The notes under the pieces: generated by a model | The model's database searches: none | What the model was told of the DNA's origin: nothing | What the model saw: the letters and a program-made list of their open reading frames with translations, nothing else | Part shown: piece after piece, positions 28,496 to 36,660 of the stretch | Layout of the letters: every line of letters begins with the position of its first letter | Position numbering within the stretch: position 1 is the stretch's first letter | Origin: Bacteroidales bacterium UBA4070 | GTDB taxonomy: Bacteria; Bacteroidota; Bacteroidia; Bacteroidales; VadinHA17 | DNA length: 64,000 nucleotides | Assembly (NCBI GenBank): GCA_002383485.1 | Contig: DFYY01000013.1 | Location: forward strand, 40,270-104,269 | Reading direction: 5' to 3' | Position numbers and translations under genes: made by a program

Positions 28496-29842
28496 TTAAT
28501 ATTCAGGGAATTTCCAGGGTGCATTGTAATAAGGCCTGATAAGAGCATTGGCTTCCTCCTCGAGGAATTTGCCGGCGGCGTTATCCCAGGCGAGAGGTTT
28601 GCCCAACCTGCACGAGACGTTTGCCAGGTGGGTCATCTTGGCCACCTGTGCCCCGATTGCCACATCGGCATTCGGCAGCTTGCGGGTAGTCATGCAGTCG
28701 AGGAAGTTAGCCACATGGGCAGCTAATCCTCCTCCGGCAACAGCCTGTCCCTCAACCTGCTCAGATTTCATTTGCAGCGGTACTGCTTCCATCCGGGGTG
28801 CAGAATCAACCTCAGGAATCACTTCCCAGCCGTTGCGGTCGAGCACCAGGGTGCCGTTCTCACCCAGGAATGCAAGTCCGTGTTCCCTTCCGTAGGGTCC
28901 GTCCTTGATGCCGCATGCATGATCCCAGCTGATTGTGAAATCATCATAGACATACGAAGCAAGGAGGGTATCAGGGGTCTCCATTGCATCGGTGGGGTAG
29001 GCAAATTTGCCTCCGGCGGTGTAGACGGCATTCGGAAGGTCAGCTTTCATGCCCAGCAGGGCATAGTCAAGCAGGTGTACACCCCAGTCAGACATCAATC
29101 CTCCGGCATAATCCCAGAAGTACCTGAAGTTATAGTGGAACCGGTTCGGGTTGAAAGTCCGGTGCCTTGCCGGGCCGAGCCACATCTCGTAGTCGACTCC
29201 GGGCGGTACGGGGCCGTCAGGCTGAACGGGAAGTGTTTTCTTCCAGATCATATAAGCCCAAACCTTTACGGTCCTGATGCGTCCAAGTTTGCCGGAATGG
29301 ATGAATGCCACTGCATCCTGCCAGTGTGGGTCACTGCGCTGCCACTGACCGGTCTGCACAATGCGCTTATGTTTGCGAGCTGCCCTGACCATGGCGTCAC
29401 ACTCGGCAATTGAGTTGGCGAGCGGTTTCTCGCAATAGACATCCTTGCCAGCCTCCATGGCAGCGATTGCCTGCAGACAGTGCCAGTGGTCGGGTGTTGC
29501 CACTATGACGGCATCAACATCCCTGTTGTCCATTACTTTCCGCCAGTCCTTAACAAGCTGGGGGGGCTTTTTCCCGGCTATCTTCTCAACATCGGATGCT
29601 CTTTTGTTCAGCCACTCATCATCGATGTCACAGATTGAAACGCACTGCACCTGAGGAAACTTCAGGAATGTCTCAAGGTTTGACCAGCCCATATTACGGC
29701 CTCCGATCAGTGCCACACGTATTCTGTCTGAAGGACCTGTCTTTCTGCCCGGCATGGCGTAGGCAGATGTCACTGCACCCAGGCCTGCCAGTCCGGCTGA
29801 AGCCAGAATGGTGTTTTTTACGAAATTTCTTCTGTTACTCAT
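28496..29842 (-). CDS. Tat-exported Gfo/Idh/MocA family oxidoreductase
   Basis: MSNRRNFVK Tat motif; IRVALIGGRNMG, ATPDHWH, DVYCEKP, VQTGQWQRS, DWGVHLLD; own TACATTTG box at 29887-29894 (minus strand). Confidence 0.92.
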   Translation of the reverse strand: MSNRRNFVKNTILASAGLAGLGAVTSAYAMPGRKTGPSDRIRVALIGGRNMGWSNLETFLKFPQVQCVSICDIDDEWLNKRASDVEKIAGKKPPQLVKDWRKVMDNRDVDAVIVATPDHWHCLQAIAAMEAGKDVYCEKPLANSIAECDAMVRAARKHKRIVQTGQWQRSDPHWQDAVAFIHSGKLGRIRTVKVWAYMIWKKTLPVQPDGPVPPGVDYEMWLGPARHRTFNPNRFHYNFRYFWDYAGGLMSDWGVHLLDYALLGMKADLPNAVYTAGGKFAYPTDAMETPDTLLASYVYDDFTISWDHACGIKDGPYGREHGLAFLGENGTLVLDRNGWEVIPEVDSAPRMEAVPLQMKSEQVEGQAVAGGGLAAHVANFLDCMTTRKLPNADVAIGAQVAKMTHLANVSCRLGKPLAWDNAAGKFLEEEANALIRPYYNAPWKFPEY

Positions 29843-29916
29843 GATCTGTTTTCTCTGTTACTACTGAAATTTTTGCCACTCTTTTTCAAATGTAGTAAAT
29901 CAATTCCTCATGTGAT

Positions 29917-29953
29917 AAAAAAAGTATCCTCCGCGTGTTCAGGAGGATACTTT
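29917..29953 (-). terminator. Intrinsic terminator of the DUF5695-like gene
   Basis: Perfect 12-bp stem AAAGTATCCTCC/GGAGGATACTTT, 9-nt loop, T7 tail on the minus strand. Confidence 0.85.
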
Positions 29954-29962
29954 GTACTTAGG

Positions 29963-30057
29963 CTCCCTGCCCGGTCCGGCAGGCTGTTCTGCTGAGTGGT
30001 GACTGCCCTGCCCGGCATGTGGTTGCCTGATTGGCGACTGCCCTGACCGGCAGGCAG
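29963..30057. repeat. Three degenerate CCCTG(C/A)CCGG repeat units at about 35-37 nt spacing
   Basis: CTCCCTGCCCGGTCCGGCAGGC, GACTGCCCTGCCCGGCA (30001), GACTGCCCTGACCGGCAGGCAG (30036). Confidence 0.6.
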
Positions 30058-30062
30058 CTATG

Positions 30063-32813
30063 CTAATCAGTCACCTTCAGGTTGATAACCGCAGGTTTGC
30101 TGCTTACATGTATGACGTAAGCACCTCTGCCGTTCTGTTTCAGGCGGGGGGTGCCATACCTGACAGCATTGCCCTCCCTGGAGGGGGAGCTGAAGCGGAG
30201 GAATGCCTCGGGTGACCAGTTTTCACCCTTTGCAAGGACCAGCTTCACGGCGCCAGTGGCAGTATTGTATGACACACTGTTCAGTTTGCCTGCATCCAGT
30301 GTGATCCAGAGTCCTGCAGGTGCCAGGTAAAATCTTGATCTTGCTGCGGTTGTCAGGTCGACTGTAACCCATTTACCCTTTATACTGGTATTCCCACCGA
30401 ACGATAGCCATCCGAACTCGTCGCTTTTGACAAGGTAAGTTGAGCTGTTTATCGCATAGCCCAGGAAGCCGCTGCCGTAGTCACCGGAGATGCCGTCGTT
30501 CTTAAGCGTTTGCGGGAAGGAGTGGAATGCCGCAGGTGCGAATCCGTCCTGTGTTATATTCGAGATTGCACCCATCACACCACCGTATCCCACGCGCAGG
30601 AGGTACAGATCCGACGGGTTTTCGCGGTACTGGTTCAGCACCGGGATGGAGTTGAGGGCCGAACCGTAGTGGTGGATCATCCGCTCGAAACGGGAGAGTT
30701 TACCGGCGAAGAGGAAATCCCAGAATCGCCTTGCGTTGCCGTTATACGCCCAATGAGGCACGGTTGGCATGTAGGCGAGGATTGCATTGAGTGTGACAGT
30801 AGCCTTCTCGTCCAGCCCGAAATATTTGGCCCACATGTAAACCTCTTCCTGACCGGTGGAGTCCCACGGCATCTCACTGCCGAAGGGGTACTTCAGTTTC
30901 ATCCATACATCCACGCGGGCTTTCATTGCCGTCTCAAGGTCTGCAGCCATCTTAGTCATTCCCTCCGCCTTCAGGTCGTTGAGGATGAGAATAAAGACCG
31001 TACCCTCCATCTGTCCGAACTGTGCATAGTGCGGAGCCAGTTTTATCATCGCCATCGAGGTGTGGAAGGCGTTCTCAAGGTACCACTGCCACTCCTGCTG
31101 CGTCACCAAACCCTGGTAGTTTCTTGCCAGGCGGTACATTACCCAGTGTGCCGCCGCCACGTGGGGGTAATTGTATGATCTGCCGGCCGAGTTGGTCTCC
31201 TTCGTGTTCCATGACGGGAAGTTGCCATTGGGAGCCCAGCGGATATCCTTGTCATAGGTGCCTTCCGGCATCGACTCGGGCTCATAGTAAAAGAGGCTTT
31301 TCCTGACGCCGTACTTCAGATGGCCCTCATTGTACTGGATGCCGCCCCAGAGTGTTTGATTGACAAAGTCTTCCATCTTTTTGACTTCCTCCGGGTCAGG
31401 CATTATGAGCTGCTTCATGATGGCACCCAGCCAGCTGCCTGCACCGGCCTCATCGCTCAGTCCGGCAACCCATACGCGCCTGTCCTGCTTTACCTGTGCC
31501 TTTTTCTCATAGTCGTATGTGATCACAGAGGGTGCCCTGCCGAAGGGGTCATTCCCGTCATCGAACCATTGTTCAGTTGTAAGGAAGTTGCCGTAGGAGG
31601 CAACAACCCGGCTCTCAGGCTCTATGATTTTATAGTTGACAGTCTGCTCCAGGCCGTCCTCGTACGTGATTGTCAGCCTGGCTCTTCCCCACGATTTTCC
31701 GCTGATCTCATATTGATGCCATCCTTTGGCGTTGGCACCGGCATCCCTGATGTCAAGAGCACCTTCAGGCTCCACCTTCATCGCCTTTACTGCCTTTCCG
31801 TAGCGAATGAAAAGCTTTGCATTCACATCTTCAGGAACAACATAGCCCGGGATGCCCACTGCAACAGGCCTGCCGGCCGATACCAGGGCATTTTCGATTT
31901 CACGTACCGATCCGGCAAGGATGAATTTCACGCCGTATGAGACTGTCTCTCCCGGAGCGAGAATCTCAGAAGTGGGGTTGTTCCACTGCTCAGCATCCTT
32001 CCAGTCAGTCTCTGCATAAGACTTCGTGTGAACCATCCATTCATGGAGACCTTCGTAGGTGTAGCCTGCGGGCAGGGGGTCATCCGTCAACGGGCGCCAC
32101 GCCTCGAAGGGGGTCTTCCCGAAAGGTACAGCAACCAGTGCTTTCCCTTCGCCGTGCAGCCTCACCACCTGAAGGTATCCTGCATCGGCGCCAATATACG
32201 GATCAAAGAATACACTTTCAGAATGAGCCTGGTCAAGTGACTTTCCGTTGGAGTTGTTGTTGAACACCATTGGTATACCAAGTGCTCCGATTTCAACGGG
32301 TAACTGTGAGGTATTAGTAAGAGCGAACCTGAGAACCAGGCTGGCGCCATCCTTCTCCCAGTGTCTTACCACCCGCAGCGGGATTGAGTCAGGCAGGGTG
32401 GCAGCCAGATCAGCGGCCAGGAGTGTTTGCGGAGCGGCGGACGCGATAACCTCCACGTCCTTTCGGTTACGGGCGGTGGAATAATATTCCCATTCACTGT
32501 TGCCGCTGCGAAGTCCTATATTAATGTCGCCGAGGTGATAGAAGCGGTTTGACGCCCTCTCCTCAAGCCTGTCGCCCGGTGTGAAGTCAAATGCCTCCGC
32601 ATCATTTGTCTTAAGAAACGCGACTGTCTGGGTGGCATTCAGCACCCCGAGCCTGAAGTCAGCCGTTTCAAATTCCTTTGTCCCTTTGTCAAGTCCGATC
32701 ACCGGCGGACGGGGTGAACGCCTCTCCCCGGATCTCTGGGCTTCAGTTTTCAGCGGAAAAGCCATCGCCGCTGCCATCAGTATGACCGTTACCGGTCCTG
32801 CAATAGTTCTCAT
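30063..32813 (-). CDS. Secreted DUF5695-like protein, putative glycoside hydrolase
   Basis: Signal peptide ends TEA-Q; recognised motifs YHLGDI, DPYIGADAGYLQV, WVAGLSDEAGAGSWL, GRSYNYPHV, PFGSEMPWDSTGQEEVY, HHYGSALN, SGDYG that I associate with DUF5695. Confidence 0.75.
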   Translation of the reverse strand: MRTIAGPVTVILMAAAMAFPLKTEAQRSGERRSPRPPVIGLDKGTKEFETADFRLGVLNATQTVAFLKTNDAEAFDFTPGDRLEERASNRFYHLGDINIGLRSGNSEWEYYSTARNRKDVEVIASAAPQTLLAADLAATLPDSIPLRVVRHWEKDGASLVLRFALTNTSQLPVEIGALGIPMVFNNNSNGKSLDQAHSESVFFDPYIGADAGYLQVVRLHGEGKALVAVPFGKTPFEAWRPLTDDPLPAGYTYEGLHEWMVHTKSYAETDWKDAEQWNNPTSEILAPGETVSYGVKFILAGSVREIENALVSAGRPVAVGIPGYVVPEDVNAKLFIRYGKAVKAMKVEPEGALDIRDAGANAKGWHQYEISGKSWGRARLTITYEDGLEQTVNYKIIEPESRVVASYGNFLTTEQWFDDGNDPFGRAPSVITYDYEKKAQVKQDRRVWVAGLSDEAGAGSWLGAIMKQLIMPDPEEVKKMEDFVNQTLWGGIQYNEGHLKYGVRKSLFYYEPESMPEGTYDKDIRWAPNGNFPSWNTKETNSAGRSYNYPHVAAAHWVMYRLARNYQGLVTQQEWQWYLENAFHTSMAMIKLAPHYAQFGQMEGTVFILILNDLKAEGMTKMAADLETAMKARVDVWMKLKYPFGSEMPWDSTGQEEVYMWAKYFGLDEKATVTLNAILAYMPTVPHWAYNGNARRFWDFLFAGKLSRFERMIHHYGSALNSIPVLNQYRENPSDLYLLRVGYGGVMGAISNITQDGFAPAAFHSFPQTLKNDGISGDYGSGFLGYAINSSTYLVKSDEFGWLSFGGNTSIKGKWVTVDLTTAARSRFYLAPAGLWITLDAGKLNSVSYNTATGAVKLVLAKGENWSPEAFLRFSSPSREGNAVRYGTPRLKQNGRGAYVIHVSSKPAVINLKVTD

Positions 32814-32876
32814 ATTCTTTGATTTTGAGTTTATCCCTGTCTGTTTCTGTTCACACTGTCCCGTAGAGGACTCGTA

Positions 32877-32895
32877 AAGTGTCTAATATACACTA
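32877..32895. promoter_or_regulatory. Candidate AraR operator in the divergent DUF5695/GH3 intergenic region
   Basis: AAGTGTC-TAATA-TACACTA (12/14), 63 nt upstream of the DUF5695-like start. Confidence 0.6.
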
Positions 32896-33135
32896 ATTTT
32901 ATTAAACACACGCATGTTCCAGACAAATTAACAATACGGAGGGAGGAAGGTTCTGAAGCCGGGAAGAAGGCTTGGATGACTGAGCCCGGGAGCGCTTATG
33001 GGGAAGAGGCTCTGAGGACGGCAGGAAGGTTACGGTCTTCATCAGGCAGATGTAAACTTCATGTATGATTGTGTGCGTGCAGTGTGATCAAATCCAATTA
33101 GTGATATCTTAGCCGTAAATTCTTTCCTGCAGAAT

Positions 33136-35763
33136 ATGAAAAGAGTGTCAGTCTTCCTGTTTGCGGCGCTGGCCGCCATTACGTCAAATGCACAGCAATA
33201 TCCTTTTCTTGATACAGGTCTCTCTTTTGAGAAGAGGGTTGATGATCTGGTTTCAAGGATGACCGTTGAAGAGAAGGCTGCGCAGTTGCTTTATACTGCT
33301 CCTGCAATCCCGCGTCTCGGGATCCCTGAGTACAACTGGTGGAACGAGGCTTTGCACGGGGTGGCACGCGCCGGACATGCAACAGTTTTCCCGCAGTCGA
33401 TCACAATTGCCAACAGCTGGGATGAGGACCTTATGCTGGATGTAGCCAATGCAATATCGGATGAGGCCAGGGCCAAGTATCACGAGTTTGTAAGGCGAGG
33501 TGACCGCGGCATCTACCACGGACTGACCTTCTGGTCGCCCAACATAAACATCTTCCGTGATCCCCGATGGGGAAGGGGGCAGGAGACCTACGGCGAGGAT
33601 CCTTACCTGACCGGTCGGCTGGGGCTGAGGTTTGTGCAGGGGATGCAGGGTTCAGACCCGAATTATTTCAAGACCATCGCTACGGCGAAGCATTATGCTG
33701 TTCACTCTGGGCCTGAGCCTGTAAGGCATAAATTCAACGCCGTAATAAGTGAGAGGGACCTGCGCGAGACCTACCTGCCGGCCTTCCGCACCCTGGTAAA
33801 GGAAGGCGGTGTTTACTCGGTGATGGGTGCCTACAATCAGTTCCGCGGACATCCGGCCTGTGCAAACGATGAGTTGTACGGGATACTCAGGAATGAGTGG
33901 GGATTTGACGGTTATATAGTATCAGACTGCTGGGCGGTGTCCGACTTCTATAATTTTCAGGGGTATGCTGCCGGTCCTGCAGAGGCTGCCGCGATGGCGC
34001 TGAAGGCAGGGACCGACCTGGAGTGTGGTGTTGATTATCGTCACCTTATGGATGCCCTTAAGAGAGACCTGGTGACGGAGGCGGATATAGACCGTGCGGC
34101 ACGGAGGGTGATGATGGCTCGCTTCAGGCTGGGTATGTTTGATCCGGACAGCATAGTGGATTATGCGCGTATCCCATACCAGGCAAACTGCTCTGACTAT
34201 AACAGGTCACTGGCCAGGAAAGCGGCGCAGGAGTCTGTCGTACTGTTGAAGAACAGCAATTCCACGCTGCCGTTGAGCAGGGATATAAAATCGATTGCGG
34301 TTATAGGGCCGAATGCAGCCAGCCACGAGGTGCTTGTTGGCAATTACAACGGTATACCGAAGGATCCTGTGAGCCTGCTGGAGGGAATAGAGGCAAAATT
34401 ACGGCCGGAAGCCGATGTGCTATATGCCGAGGGCAGCGATTTGGCTCCCGGGATTCACAATCTCGTGCCTGTTCCCTCGAGGTATTTCAGGACGCCGGAC
34501 GGGAAACAGGGAGTGCAGGGCTTCTATTATGCTTCGCAGGATATGAAGGGTGAGCCGCTGTTCACCCGTACGGATGACATGATAGATTTCTACTGGGACA
34601 ATGATTCACCTCATCCGCAGATGCCCGTGAATGATTTCGGGATACACTGGGTGGCAGACCTGGTACCCCCTGTTAGCGGCATCTATTACCTCGGTACATG
34701 GGGCTCTTCAGGCTATGAGATCATTCTTGAAGGTGATACTCTTCTTTCGTTTTACAATGACCACCATGCAGCTGTGAGGGGAGTCCCGATGGAGTTTACG
34801 GCCGGGAAGAAATACCGGGTTGAGGTTCTCTACCGTAACCATGGCGGTGATGCTGATATGGAATTGCTCTGGTGTATGCCTCGAGGAGATATGATTGCGC
34901 AGGCTGTAAGGGCTGCCTCGTCCGCGGATGCAGTGGTTGTGGCGCTCGGACTCTCGCCAAGGCTTGAAGGCGAAGAGATGAGTGTGAAGCTTGAAGGATT
35001 TGAGGGAGGAGACCGTACCAGTCTCAGCCTCCCGGCAATCCAGGAAGAGCTGCTGGCAAGTCTGCTTGCTACCGGAAAGCCTGTTATTGTGGTGCTTATG
35101 AACGGCAGTCCTGTTGCCTCCCGGCAGGCGTTTGAGAAAGCCTCAGCGGTGCTGCTGGCCGGATACCCCGGTACTGAAGGAGGCAGTGCCATTGCTGATG
35201 TGCTCTTCGGCGATTACAATCCGGCAGGGCGTCTTCCCATGACTTACTACAGCTCGGTGGACCAGTTGCCTCCCTTTGAGGAGTATGATATGACAAACCG
35301 CACATACAGGTATTTCAGCGGTACACCACTATGGCCATTTGGTTACGGGCTGAGCTACACATCGTTTGATTACTCTGATCTTACTGTTCCGGAGAAGGTT
35401 ACGGCAGGCAGCGAAGTGACCGTTTCGGTTACGGTTACAAACACCGGGGTTATGGCAGGCGATGAGGTTGTACAGCTTTACCTGACCGATGAAAAAGCCT
35501 CCACACCACGGCCGATCAGGCAGCTTGAGGGATTCAGGCGTGTAACACTCAGGCCGGGAGAGAGCCGGAGGGTGGAGTTTATCCTGAAGCCGGAACAGTT
35601 CTCGATGATCAACGACAAGGACATGAGAGTCATTGAGCCGGGGTGGTTCACAGTCTCTGTGGGAGGCGGTCAGCCCGGCACCCCTGCTGAGCAGGAGGGC
35701 TGCACCCGGGTACTCGGGACCCGGATCAGGCTGACCGGAAAGGAAATGTCTGTCATAAATTAA
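33136..35763 (+). CDS. GH3 beta-xylosidase/beta-glucosidase/arabinofuranosidase with PA14 insert and Fn3-like domain
   Basis: WWNEALHG, RDPRWGRGQETYGEDP, AKHYAVH, nucleophile VSDCW, LEGEEM, PA14-like region (RTDDMIDFYW), PFGYGLSYT. Confidence 0.93.
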   Translation: MKRVSVFLFAALAAITSNAQQYPFLDTGLSFEKRVDDLVSRMTVEEKAAQLLYTAPAIPRLGIPEYNWWNEALHGVARAGHATVFPQSITIANSWDEDLMLDVANAISDEARAKYHEFVRRGDRGIYHGLTFWSPNINIFRDPRWGRGQETYGEDPYLTGRLGLRFVQGMQGSDPNYFKTIATAKHYAVHSGPEPVRHKFNAVISERDLRETYLPAFRTLVKEGGVYSVMGAYNQFRGHPACANDELYGILRNEWGFDGYIVSDCWAVSDFYNFQGYAAGPAEAAAMALKAGTDLECGVDYRHLMDALKRDLVTEADIDRAARRVMMARFRLGMFDPDSIVDYARIPYQANCSDYNRSLARKAAQESVVLLKNSNSTLPLSRDIKSIAVIGPNAASHEVLVGNYNGIPKDPVSLLEGIEAKLRPEADVLYAEGSDLAPGIHNLVPVPSRYFRTPDGKQGVQGFYYASQDMKGEPLFTRTDDMIDFYWDNDSPHPQMPVNDFGIHWVADLVPPVSGIYYLGTWGSSGYEIILEGDTLLSFYNDHHAAVRGVPMEFTAGKKYRVEVLYRNHGGDADMELLWCMPRGDMIAQAVRAASSADAVVVALGLSPRLEGEEMSVKLEGFEGGDRTSLSLPAIQEELLASLLATGKPVIVVLMNGSPVASRQAFEKASAVLLAGYPGTEGGSAIADVLFGDYNPAGRLPMTYYSSVDQLPPFEEYDMTNRTYRYFSGTPLWPFGYGLSYTSFDYSDLTVPEKVTAGSEVTVSVTVTNTGVMAGDEVVQLYLTDEKASTPRPIRQLEGFRRVTLRPGESRRVEFILKPEQFSMINDKDMRVIEPGWFTVSVGGGQPGTPAEQEGCTRVLGTRIRLTGKEMSVIN

Positions 35764-35793
35764 ACAATAGCGAACACTTTCCGTTTATCTGTT

Positions 35794-36411
35794 GTGACAG
35801 CTATAGAAGAAAACAAGAGGAAGACCGGTTGGGTGGTAATCCTGACCGCAGTGACAATGGTTGTCGAGATCATTGCCGGCTGGCTTACAGGTTCCATGGC
35901 CCTGCTGGCTGACGGTATTCATATGGGCTCGCATGTGCTTGCCATCGGTCTCAGCTGGGCGGCATATGTGCTCGTAGAGAGATTGTCAGCAAACCCGTCC
36001 TTTACCGGAGACAGGGAGAAAGTGCTGACACTTTCGGGATATACCAGCGGCCTCATATTGCTTATATTCGCCGGGATGATCATTGCCGGCGCTATCGGAA
36101 GGTTCATAAATCCCCGGGTCATCGAATACAGGGAAGCCATCCTGATTGCCTTCGTCGGCCTGGGAGTGAATATACTCAGCGCTTTCCTGCTCCATCATGA
36201 CCATGACGAGGGAGATACAAACATCCGGGCAGCCTACCTTCATGTGCTTGCCGATGCTGTTACAAGCGTCGCTGCAATTGCAGGTCTAGCAGTTGCCATG
36301 GTATGGGGTCTTCCGTATATCGATGCAATTGCCGCACTGGTAAGCTCGGCGGTTATCATCCGCTGGTCAATTGGCCTCCTCCGGGATGCCGGCCGGGAAC
36401 TCATCTTGTGA
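35794..36411 (+). CDS. CDF-family cation efflux transporter (DmeF-like), transmembrane domain only
   Basis: VEIIAGWLTGSMALLADGIHMGSH, HHDHDE loop, NIRAAYLHVLAD; ends just after TM6. Confidence 0.85.
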   Translation: MTAIEENKRKTGWVVILTAVTMVVEIIAGWLTGSMALLADGIHMGSHVLAIGLSWAAYVLVERLSANPSFTGDREKVLTLSGYTSGLILLIFAGMIIAGAIGRFINPRVIEYREAILIAFVGLGVNILSAFLLHHDHDEGDTNIRAAYLHVLADAVTSVAAIAGLAVAMVWGLPYIDAIAALVSSAVIIRWSIGLLRDAGRELIL

Positions 36412-36477
36412 ATCTCCTAAAAAATGTTAAATTGCATAATCATGAGATATGTCATCATAAGCTCATCCTGTCAGCCT

Positions 36478-36619
36478 TAGCTTTGCAGATACCTAATTAG
36501 TGTATCTCATACACTTCAGTCTTTTAGGGATTTGTTTTTAACAAATACCATACTATAAGACAGTTTAGGTTTTAGGGGTTATTTTTATACCGTCCCGGAA
36601 CACCGGGACGGTTTCTTTT
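36478..36619 (+). ncRNA. Candidate ~125-nt small RNA (promoter, operator-like palindrome, terminator, no ORF)
   Basis: TAGCTTTG -7 box at 36478-36485; TAGTGTA-TCTCA-TACACTT at 36498-36516; terminator at 36589-36619; downstream gene has its own TATCTTTG box (36643-36650). Confidence 0.4.
36589..36619 (+). terminator. Intrinsic terminator
   Basis: ACCGTCCCGG-AACA-CCGGGACGGT followed by TTCTTTT. Confidence 0.9.
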
Positions 36620-36660
36620 ATATGCTGTTTGGTTCCAATAATTATCTTTGACGGCAGATA

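Noticed and set aside
32940-33035. Purine-rich degenerate GGAAG(A)GG(C/T)T motifs upstream of GH3
   Set aside because: Too degenerate, with no clear period or stem, to support a call.
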